A stretch of 59,479 nucleotides of DNA, from positions 1-59,479 of the forward strand of contig JBFLYA010000002.1 in NCBI GenBank assembly GCA_040757115.1. Direction: 5' to 3'. The stretch is from a bacterium (GTDB lineage Bacteria; UBA9089; CG2-30-40-21; SBAY01). Within the stretch, counting starts at the first letter, position 1; every line of letters starts with the position of its first letter. The position numbers and the translations under genes are program-made. The notes under the pieces were generated by a model, which searched no databases, was not told the DNA's origin, and worked only from the letters and a program-made list of their open reading frames with translations. Below, piece by piece: positions 51,906 through 59,479 of the stretch.

Positions 51906-54440
51906 ATGTCAAAAAAGAAAAGATCAATTTTTTATCTATCAGATAACATCAAAATATTTATTAGTTTGTTAATAGTTCTTATATCATCTTTTTCAGTAGG
52001 ATTATTTATATGGAATCTTTGTTATCCTGGTAATCTATCTTCCTTTTTATCTATATTTATATTTTCTCTTAAAGAAATTCATACTCAGTCACTTTTAAGA
52101 TTTTTAATGACCTCTGGAATTTATTTTATTATAATCTGGGTTATCATCTCATTTTTTATTAATAAGGTTACTAAAGATAATTTAAAAGATGTGTTGATAA
52201 GAGATGGGTTGAGTTACCTTCCATGTTTAGTTTTAATTCCAGCTGCCTTCTTACAAACTTTTTTCCCTCAATTACCCAACTTTACTCTCTACCAATCTTT
52301 TATTTTTGTTCTTATAGGAGGAAGTATTCTACCTGTTAAGTTGTTTCTTTTCCCTAATTTTAAAATATCTATTTCTTCTCGATTTTCACTAATAGTAATT
52401 AGTTTTCTTATAATATCTTATATAGCCATTTTTACACTTATAAGTTTTACTAAATTAGATAAATTTTTATATGGATTATGTGATTTAGGGATGTTTACTC
52501 ATGTGATGTGGAATACTATTAATGGCAAAATATTATACTTCCAAGTTTTTGGTAAAGGTATTAATTTTTTAGGAGAGCACATGTCTCCTATCTTATTATT
52601 ACTTGTTCCTTTTTACTGGGTTTATCCAGACCCGAAAACATTGTTGTTTATCCAAACAGTGCTTATTTCATTTGGTGCTATACCTGTATACTTAATTGCT
52701 ATAAGTGTATTAAAAGATAGATTTGCAGGTTTATGTTTTGTAGTTGCCTATCTATTTTATCCATTTACTGGGAGGGTTAATCTATTTGAATTTCATGAGG
52801 TATGTTTTGTTATCCCATTTCTTTTATTTTGTTTTTATTTTCTACAAAGAAGAAATTATAAATTATATTATCTTTTTATGATATTATCATTATCTGTAAA
52901 AGAAGAGATAAGTATCGCTATTTTTATGATAGGGTTATATGCATTTTTAGTAATGAGAGAAAAAAAATTGGGGTTAATTACTATAGTTATATCTATAATC
53001 TGGGCTCTTTTAGCAATAAAGGTTCTTATACCATTTTTTAGAGGAGGGGAAGAATATTCTCATATCCAAAGATATGTTACCGAAGGTGGTGGAGGATTTC
53101 TCCAAATAATTCAATATTATCTTAAGCATCCATTATTAACTTTAAAAAATGCCTTTGGAAATATTCAAATAGTAACTTTATGCTTATTGTTAGTACCTCT
53201 TGGGCTTTTACCTTTATTTGCACCAAAGGTTTTATGTTTAGCTTTTCCTTTAATACTTCTTCATTTCCTATCTACATTTGAATTACAACAGGCACTTCAA
53301 TGGCAATATTCTGCTTCTATTATTCCCTTCCTTATAATTGCTGGAATATATGGATTAAGGAATATAATTATTGGAATAGGGGAAAAAACATCTTATTTAA
53401 CATCCAAAAGACAAATTAAAGCAAAAGATAATAAAAAAAATATTATATCACTATTAGGAGAAAAAAGAATTACTTTTATAGGTGCAAGTTTTATCCTATC
53501 TACTTCTGTTATAGGAAGTTATTTTTTTTCTCATCCTCCATTTTTAAAATTAACAACATGGGAAGGATGGGAATTTAATAATTATAAGAGATTTCTCTCT
53601 TTATCATTATCTCCCAAAGATTATTCTACTTCTATTCACCGCAGGTTATACTTTGAGATTAAAAAGATTATTTCGGATAAAGCCAGTTTGTCAGTTCAGG
53701 ATAGTTTAGCTCCAGAGTTATGTAATCGAGAAAATGTATATCAATACCCTTCTTGTAGTCCAGAAATTGAATACTTTTTTTTAGATGTTTCAACTAATTT
53801 TATAAGGACAGGAAGTTTTTGGGAAACTTATAAAAATAACTTATCAGCACTTTTAAATGATGTTAATTATCAACTCCTATTTTATGGAGATGGATTTTAT
53901 TTATTTTGTAAAAAAGAGAATTGGAATGAAAATATCCTTTTAAGATATGAAAAAGCATTAGAAAAAAAACCTAAAAGATGGGAAAGATTTTATGTAATAG
54001 GTGTGGTTTATTCTTTATTAGGTAAATGGAGTGAGGCAAAAGAAATGTTTAAATCCTCCTCAGAAATTGACCTAAATCTTACTATCAAATATCTTCATGA
54101 ACTTGGAAATTTCCATTATGAGAAAAAAGAATTAGAGAAATGTATGAGTATATTTGAATTAATTGTAGAATTAAATCCTAAATATGAGGATATAGAAATG
54201 TATAACAGGTTAGCTAGAATTTATCATCATAAGGGAATGATCGATAAAACTATCATTATAGCACAAAAAATTATAAAGATTGATCCTAAAAATATCAAAG
54301 TTTATAACAACTTAGGTTTACTTTATTATAAAAAAGGATTATCTCATAAAGCAAGGGAATTATTTAATAATGTCTTAAAACTTGACCCGCATAATTCCGA
54401 TGCTAACAAAATGTTACAGATAATATCAAATAAATTTTAA
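51906..54440 (+). CDS. DUF2079-family polytopic membrane protein fused to C-terminal TPR repeats
   Basis: CDLGMFTHVMWNTINGK fits the DUF2079 N-terminal signature. More than 12 TM segments. TPRs at the C-terminus (YNRLARIYHHKGM.., YNNLGLLYYKKGLSHKA..). Confidence 0.7.
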   Translation: MSKKKRSIFYLSDNIKIFISLLIVLISSFSVGLFIWNLCYPGNLSSFLSIFIFSLKEIHTQSLLRFLMTSGIYFIIIWVIISFFINKVTKDNLKDVLIRDGLSYLPCLVLIPAAFLQTFFPQLPNFTLYQSFIFVLIGGSILPVKLFLFPNFKISISSRFSLIVISFLIISYIAIFTLISFTKLDKFLYGLCDLGMFTHVMWNTINGKILYFQVFGKGINFLGEHMSPILLLLVPFYWVYPDPKTLLFIQTVLISFGAIPVYLIAISVLKDRFAGLCFVVAYLFYPFTGRVNLFEFHEVCFVIPFLLFCFYFLQRRNYKLYYLFMILSLSVKEEISIAIFMIGLYAFLVMREKKLGLITIVISIIWALLAIKVLIPFFRGGEEYSHIQRYVTEGGGGFLQIIQYYLKHPLLTLKNAFGNIQIVTLCLLLVPLGLLPLFAPKVLCLAFPLILLHFLSTFELQQALQWQYSASIIPFLIIAGIYGLRNIIIGIGEKTSYLTSKRQIKAKDNKKNIISLLGEKRITFIGASFILSTSVIGSYFFSHPPFLKLTTWEGWEFNNYKRFLSLSLSPKDYSTSIHRRLYFEIKKIISDKASLSVQDSLAPELCNRENVYQYPSCSPEIEYFFLDVSTNFIRTGSFWETYKNNLSALLNDVNYQLLFYGDGFYLFCKKENWNENILLRYEKALEKKPKRWERFYVIGVVYSLLGKWSEAKEMFKSSSEIDLNLTIKYLHELGNFHYEKKELEKCMSIFELIVELNPKYEDIEMYNRLARIYHHKGMIDKTIIIAQKIIKIDPKNIKVYNNLGLLYYKKGLSHKARELFNNVLKLDPHNSDANKMLQIISNKF

Positions 54441-54458
54441 ACAGAAGGTAAATAAAAA

Positions 54459-57400
54459 ATGTGGAAAAAGATAAAAGTGGTAGTTTATTTATTAATAATA
54501 GGAAGTTTCTTTAACATAGAAATAGGAGAAGCAGTGGAAGTAAATGGTAATCAAAGTGGTATATGGAGTTTAAGTAATAGCCCTTATGTAGTGACAGGTA
54601 CTGTTACTGTCCTTTCTGGGGAAACACTTGTCATTGAGCCCAAGGTAGAAGTGAGATTTGCTACTAATACTTCGTTGGTGGTTTGTGGAACATTATCAGC
54701 TATTGGTACACTTGATGGAACGATTACTTTTACATCTAATGCAGGTACACCTACTCCAGGTAATTGGAATAGTATTAAATTTAGTGGTGTCCAGAGTAAA
54801 GGAACAATTAGTTATTCTCTTATAGAATATGGTAAACAAGCGATTTATTTAGAAAATGTTTCCAAAATTACTGTTACTCATAATACAATTAGAAATAATA
54901 AAGGTGATGACGGTTCTATATGTGCAGATGGTGAAATAGGAGCAGGAATTTGTCTCTTTTCATCCACCAATAATACTCTTGCCGGAAATATTATTTCAAA
55001 TAATCAAGGGGGGCAAGGTGGACCAGCTGATTATGGAATCTCAGGTGGTGAAGGAGGTATAGGTGCAGGAATATACTTATTATCTTCGACCAATACTACT
55101 ATCATAGATAATATCATCTCCAATAATAATGGTGGAGAAGGCGGTCAAGGTGCTGATCGCGCGGCAGGTGGCCACGGAGGTAGTGGTGTAGGGATTTACT
55201 TAGAATCATCCACTAATAATACTATTACAGATAACACCATCTCTAATAATAATGGTGGGCAAGGAGGGAGAGAGGGATTTCTATTCTCTTCAGCAGGTGG
55301 AGGAGGTATTGGTGCAGGGATATATTTATCATCAAATACTAATATTATTACAGGTAATACCATCTCTAATAATAGTGGTGGTGGTGGTGGTAGTGGTAAT
55401 GGTTTGGGTGCAGGTGGTGCAGGCGGTATTGGTGTAGGAATATATTTAATCTCATCAACAAATGTTACCATATCAACTAACACTATTTCCTATAATCAAG
55501 GTGGTCAAGGAGGACCAGGCGGTGACCACGGTGCAGGTGGTGCAGGCGGTATTGGTGTAGGAATATATTGGCAACAATCGACTAATAATACTATTACAAA
55601 TAATACAATATCTGATAATAGAGGAGGACAAGGAGGAGGTAGTGGTAGTGAGAATTTAGGAGGTGGTGGAGGTAAAGGTGTAGGAATGTATTTATCATCA
55701 TCCACTAATAATACTATTACAGGTAATACCGTCTCTAATAATAGAGGAGGAGATGGAGGATCAGGTGGTTTTAAAAGTCCAGGAGGAACAGGAGGTACTG
55801 GTGGAGGAATACATTTATTCTCATCGACTCACAATACTATTACAAGTAACACTATTTCCAATAATAGTGGTGGTAAAGGAGGGGGGCCAAATGGTAGTCA
55901 TGGGAATGGTTATGGTATCTATATTGATTCCAATAGTTATAATAATATCATTGATTCTAATAATACTTACAATGGTGAACCTATCCATTATTACTATGGA
56001 ATTACTCTACCAACTACAGTTGAAAATCGAACTTTGACACTTACAGGTTCTGGTTCAACCAATCTGGGGAGGATTGTGTTAATTAATTGCTCAAATTTTA
56101 CTATTAGGAACAATTATATTACTGGTGGAATAGGGGAAAATGGTCAAACAGGAGGTGGATATGATTACCCCGGAGGTACAGGAAGTATTGGTGCAGGAAT
56201 ATACTTATCATCATCCACTAATAATACTATTACAGGCAATACCATCTCTGGTAACAGGGGTGGTCAGGGAGGAGCAGCTGGACCTCATGGCTCAGGAGGG
56301 TTAGGAGGTATTGGCGTTGGGATATATTTATTATTATCTACTAATAATACCATTAAAGGTAATACCATCTATAATAATAGTGGTGGTGAAGGAGGAGCAG
56401 GCTACGAAATTGGTTCAAGAGGGAGAGGGGGAAGTGGTGTAGGAATCTATTTAGATTCATCTTCCAGTAATACCATTGCCCAGAACAATACTATTACTAA
56501 TAACATTGGTGGTGCCGGTAATCCAGATGGGAATGGAGTAGGTATTTATTGTAAATCTTCACAAATCTCTCCACTTATTTACAATCATATTTATAACAAC
56601 CAAACTTACAACCTCCAAACAGACATATCTCCCGGTCCCCAGATAGCCGAATATAACTGGTGGGGTTCTGATCCACCTGAGATATCTAAGTTCTCGGGTA
56701 ATATCGATTATGACCCATGGCTTAGGGGTACTTATACTACACAAATTATGATTTCTCCTGTAGCGGGGACGGTAGGGACTATCGTTACCGTCTCAGGTCA
56801 AGGATTTGGAGAAAATGAATTAATTAGCATAGAATTTGGAACAACTGGCACTATTACCACGGGTAGTACTAATATTTTAGGTACATTCACTACTATTTTT
56901 ACGGTTAATACCCAACCTTACGGCACTACTACAGTAAGGGCGGTTGGGGTAGATTCGAACAGGTCCTCTGAAATGGTATTTTGCATCCTGCCAAAAATAT
57001 TTATGGTTAGTCCTACGATAGGAACAGTAGGAACCTTTATCACGGTAAGGGGTAATGGATTTGGGGCAACAGAATCTATTTGTATTGATTTTGGCACTAC
57101 CAAAACTATTATAGTTACTTTCTCTACCCACAGTGGAAACTTTACTACTATATTTACCGTAAATAGTCAACCATTAGGCACAACAACTATTATAGGAAAA
57201 GGTATGCTCTCAGAATGTTTTGCAATAGAAATTTTTTATATCTTGCCACCAACAATATTGAAGATTACCCCTGCCATACAGAATATTGCTGTTAATTCAA
57301 CATTTACCTGCCAGGTCGAGATAGAGGATGTAAGTAATTTAGTGGCAGGTGATTTGTATATTAGCTATGACTCTAATATCCTTGAAGTAACAGGAGTAGG

Positions 57401-59479
57401 TAGCGGCACATTTCCACCCAATTGTAATGCAGTAAGTAAAATTACTGCTGGTAAGATAGATTACTCCTTTGGATTATTCTCTGGCTCTGCTACTGGCTCA
57501 GGAATACTCTGCTTTTTACATTTTAAAGCGATTGCAGGTGGGACATCAAGTGTAGCAATTGATACAACCCAAGACCGCAAAACAATATTACTTAAAATTG
57601 ATATAGACACCCCAGAGGAAATCCCGTTTACTAAAGAAGATGCGATATATTATGTAATTAGTAAGATTAAAATTAAACCTCAGGATAAAATAATAAAGGC
57701 AGATGAGGATGTTGAATATCAATGTATTGGAGAGTGTGGTAGTGGGTTAGAACTTGATGTTACTGGCTCTACTACCTTTAGTTCAAATGGAGGTGGCTCA
57801 TTTACACTTAATACCTTCCATGCAAAATATATGAGTACATACACAATTCAAGGGGAATATCTTGGATTTATTGGAACTACATCAGTGATTATCCTACCTG
57901 GCACTCCAACAACTTTAGTTTATGTCTCAGGAAATGGTCAGGTTAATACCTGTACCTTTACCTTAAAAGACCCATTTATAGTTAAGGTAGTGGATAAATA
58001 TGAAAACCCTTGCCAGGATGTAGAGGTAAAGTGGGAAATTATCTCTATCCCTTCTGGTGCAACTTTATATTCTATCTCTCCAACTAATACTACAACCAAT
58101 GCTCAAGGGACAGTTTCATCTTTCCTTACCTTAGGTACAGAACCTCCAGGAACATATACCATACATGCAATATCAACTGGGCTATCAGGCTCTCCTTGTA
58201 TCTTTACTGCCCATTCATTAAGACGATTTGGCAATATAGCTGGTTTTTGTTTGTTGAAGTTAGGCACTATTTCCTTAGGTACATGCTCAGATATTCGGGT
58301 AAGGATTGTAGAGCTTGGGACAACTACAATGACTAATGATAGTTCTTACTTCATATTTGAGAATATACCAGTAGGAACCTACACCCTTAACTTTGATACC
58401 TGGGGAGCATCTCCATCAACTAAGACCAATATTTGTATTAGTCCAACACAATTTGAAGATACTACTTACATTGGTACTATTACGCTATTAGCAGGAGATG
58501 TAAATAATGATGGTCAGGTAAATATTGGAGATTGGCCGTTATTTGCAGATGCATGGCGAGAGAAGGCAACTAAAACTCATACCAATTGGGAGCTATATAA
58601 AGAGGCAGATTTTAATCATGATAGTAAAGTAGATGCATACGATTTTATTGTTATTAGAAATAATTTTGGTGAACAACAAAAAGGTAAGGCTAAAGAATTA
58701 ATTGCGATGTCCACAAAGGCTAAAAAGACCTCTGGTAAAATAGAGTTATCTTTTGACCTTGAGACACTTGAAGGGGTAGATATTAACGAGTTGCGTGTTG
58801 GGAATATTATCTATCTTAAAATATATGTTCGTGATGCAAAAGACTACCTTGGTGGTGAAATCCATCTTGCTTTTAATCCAAAGGTATTACAAGTAATAGA
58901 TGCGGATAACAGCAAAGATGGTATCCAGATTCAACCAGGGGATTTTCCACAAGGTTCATTAAATTATACACCTGTTGAACTAAAGAATGAAGTAGATAAT
59001 TTAGTTGGTAAGATTGATTATGCAGTAGCAGTTTGGGAACCAGAGCAAGGAGAGAAGGGGATATTAGCTATTGTCCCATTTAAGGTAATCTCTTGCGGTG
59101 CTTATTCTAAAGTTAATTTTGAGTTTGATGATGAAGAAAACCGCGAAACAAAGTTTATCGAAAGAATTGGTCAGGAACAACCTGTTGACCAGCAACCTGA
59201 GGTATTAGATGAGGAAATAATTATCAAAGTGCCAGCGGTATTTAATAATTTAGAGGGTGCATTGGTCTATCCCAATCCTGCTTATAAAGGGCAAGAGGTA
59301 ACCTTTGATCAGCTTACTACGGATAAGCAAATTACCTTAAGAATTTATAGCCTTGCAGGGGAATTAGTATTTGAAAAGAGTGGAATGAATGAAATCAAAT
59401 GGAACCTAAAGAATAAAGATAACGAAGATGTTGCCTCAGGTATTTATATCTATTTTTTAAAGGATGAACTCGGCTCGGT
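54459..59479 (+). CDS. Giant secreted surface protein 2, paralogue of 13053-18260; 3'-partial at the window end
   Basis: Not in the ORF track. I read ATG 54459 (GAAGG RBS, 18 nt after the upstream stop) through to 59479 in one frame without meeting a stop. Signal peptide MWKKIKVVVYLLIIGSF. Domain order matches paralogue 1, but with 8+1/3+1 beta-helix modules and 2 IPT-like domains. Confidence 0.88.
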   Translation, partial: MWKKIKVVVYLLIIGSFFNIEIGEAVEVNGNQSGIWSLSNSPYVVTGTVTVLSGETLVIEPKVEVRFATNTSLVVCGTLSAIGTLDGTITFTSNAGTPTPGNWNSIKFSGVQSKGTISYSLIEYGKQAIYLENVSKITVTHNTIRNNKGDDGSICADGEIGAGICLFSSTNNTLAGNIISNNQGGQGGPADYGISGGEGGIGAGIYLLSSTNTTIIDNIISNNNGGEGGQGADRAAGGHGGSGVGIYLESSTNNTITDNTISNNNGGQGGREGFLFSSAGGGGIGAGIYLSSNTNIITGNTISNNSGGGGGSGNGLGAGGAGGIGVGIYLISSTNVTISTNTISYNQGGQGGPGGDHGAGGAGGIGVGIYWQQSTNNTITNNTISDNRGGQGGGSGSENLGGGGGKGVGMYLSSSTNNTITGNTVSNNRGGDGGSGGFKSPGGTGGTGGGIHLFSSTHNTITSNTISNNSGGKGGGPNGSHGNGYGIYIDSNSYNNIIDSNNTYNGEPIHYYYGITLPTTVENRTLTLTGSGSTNLGRIVLINCSNFTIRNNYITGGIGENGQTGGGYDYPGGTGSIGAGIYLSSSTNNTITGNTISGNRGGQGGAAGPHGSGGLGGIGVGIYLLLSTNNTIKGNTIYNNSGGEGGAGYEIGSRGRGGSGVGIYLDSSSSNTIAQNNTITNNIGGAGNPDGNGVGIYCKSSQISPLIYNHIYNNQTYNLQTDISPGPQIAEYNWWGSDPPEISKFSGNIDYDPWLRGTYTTQIMISPVAGTVGTIVTVSGQGFGENELISIEFGTTGTITTGSTNILGTFTTIFTVNTQPYGTTTVRAVGVDSNRSSEMVFCILPKIFMVSPTIGTVGTFITVRGNGFGATESICIDFGTTKTIIVTFSTHSGNFTTIFTVNSQPLGTTTIIGKGMLSECFAIEIFYILPPTILKITPAIQNIAVNSTFTCQVEIEDVSNLVAGDLYISYDSNILEVTGVGSGTFPPNCNAVSKITAGKIDYSFGLFSGSATGSGILCFLHFKAIAGGTSSVAIDTTQDRKTILLKIDIDTPEEIPFTKEDAIYYVISKIKIKPQDKIIKADEDVEYQCIGECGSGLELDVTGSTTFSSNGGGSFTLNTFHAKYMSTYTIQGEYLGFIGTTSVIILPGTPTTLVYVSGNGQVNTCTFTLKDPFIVKVVDKYENPCQDVEVKWEIISIPSGATLYSISPTNTTTNAQGTVSSFLTLGTEPPGTYTIHAISTGLSGSPCIFTAHSLRRFGNIAGFCLLKLGTISLGTCSDIRVRIVELGTTTMTNDSSYFIFENIPVGTYTLNFDTWGASPSTKTNICISPTQFEDTTYIGTITLLAGDVNNDGQVNIGDWPLFADAWREKATKTHTNWELYKEADFNHDSKVDAYDFIVIRNNFGEQQKGKAKELIAMSTKAKKTSGKIELSFDLETLEGVDINELRVGNIIYLKIYVRDAKDYLGGEIHLAFNPKVLQVIDADNSKDGIQIQPGDFPQGSLNYTPVELKNEVDNLVGKIDYAVAVWEPEQGEKGILAIVPFKVISCGAYSKVNFEFDDEENRETKFIERIGQEQPVDQQPEVLDEEIIIKVPAVFNNLEGALVYPNPAYKGQEVTFDQLTTDKQITLRIYSLAGELVFEKSGMNEIKWNLKNKDNEDVASGIYIYFLKDELGS
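56742..57241 (+). other. Two tandem IPT/TIG-like domains in giant protein 2
   Basis: IMISPVAGTVGTIVTVSGQGFGENELISIEFGTT.. and IFMVSPTIGTVGTFITVRGNGFGATESICIDFGTT.. Confidence 0.6.
58487..58670 (+). other. Dockerin-like segment in giant protein 2
   Basis: GDVNNDGQVNIGDW followed by DFNHDSKVDAYDFIVIRNNFG. Confidence 0.6.
59262..59479 (+). other. T9SS type A sorting domain of giant protein 2 (truncated by the window end)
   Basis: LVYPNPAYKGQEVTFDQ..ITLRIYSLAGELV..IKWNLKNKDNEDVASGIYIYFLKDELGS. About 90% nucleotide identity to the reverse complement of 13053-13316 by eye. Confidence 0.8.

Noticed and set aside
13053-59479. Diversity-generating retroelement (template/variable repeat) as the explanation for near-identical segments in the giant genes
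   Set aside because: No reverse transcriptase or accessory gene is in the window. The repeats are in-frame structural modules, and the differences I could see between copies are not confined to adenine positions.
54459-59479. Giant gene 2 as an assembly duplicate of giant gene 1
   Set aside because: The two differ throughout, at about 10-25% nucleotide divergence by eye. They have different module and IPT-domain counts, different upstream genes and unique flanks, so they are genuine paralogues.

Overview
AT-rich window from a diderm bacterium, probably an uncultivated lineage. An LpxI homologue and outer-membrane barrel genes support the diderm call; the phylum cannot be assigned from sequence alone. 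I saw no rRNA, tRNA or CRISPR array.

Housekeeping genes:
- secA, a 5-formyl-THF cyclo-ligase, moaC, murI, lpxI and aroE.
- etfB followed by trpF, trpB and trpA.
- Two GAF/HD-GYP c-di-GMP phosphodiesterase-type sensors.

Cell-surface content:
- Two paralogous giant secreted-protein genes lie in inverted orientation: 13053-18260 on the minus strand, and 54459 to beyond 59479 on the plus strand. The second is absent from the ORF track because it runs off the window.
- Both giants have Gly-rich beta-helix repeats, IPT/TIG-like repeats, cohesin-like and dockerin-like modules, and a T9SS-type C-terminal sorting domain.
- Each giant is immediately preceded by a polytopic membrane enzyme fused to TPR repeats: DUF2723/TMEM260-like for the first, DUF2079 for the second.
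- Two mosaic PorV/PorQ-like barrel genes accompany the first module.
- Between the giants sits a very AT-rich glycan island (about 22.8-44.5 kb). It holds a PEP-CTERM protein, two YfhO paralogues, a Wzy/O-antigen-ligase-like protein, a PMT_2/GT39-like protein and another GT-C-like membrane protein. It also holds three GT4 enzymes, a GH39-like hydrolase, a methyltransferase and a PIG-L deacetylase.

Intergenic DNA:
- It is saturated with inverted-repeat (IR) elements. These include decayed GxxExxY-type gene cassettes bounded by IRs and non-coding elements sharing a 13-bp terminal inverted repeat (TIR).
- There is a 248-bp miniature inverted-repeat transposable element (MITE) family for which both a filled and an empty site are visible.
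- There is a hairpin-rich dispersed element carrying a 48-bp tandem array.
- Several near-consensus sigma-70 promoters can be read directly.

All family assignments come from motif recognition by eye and need HMM confirmation.
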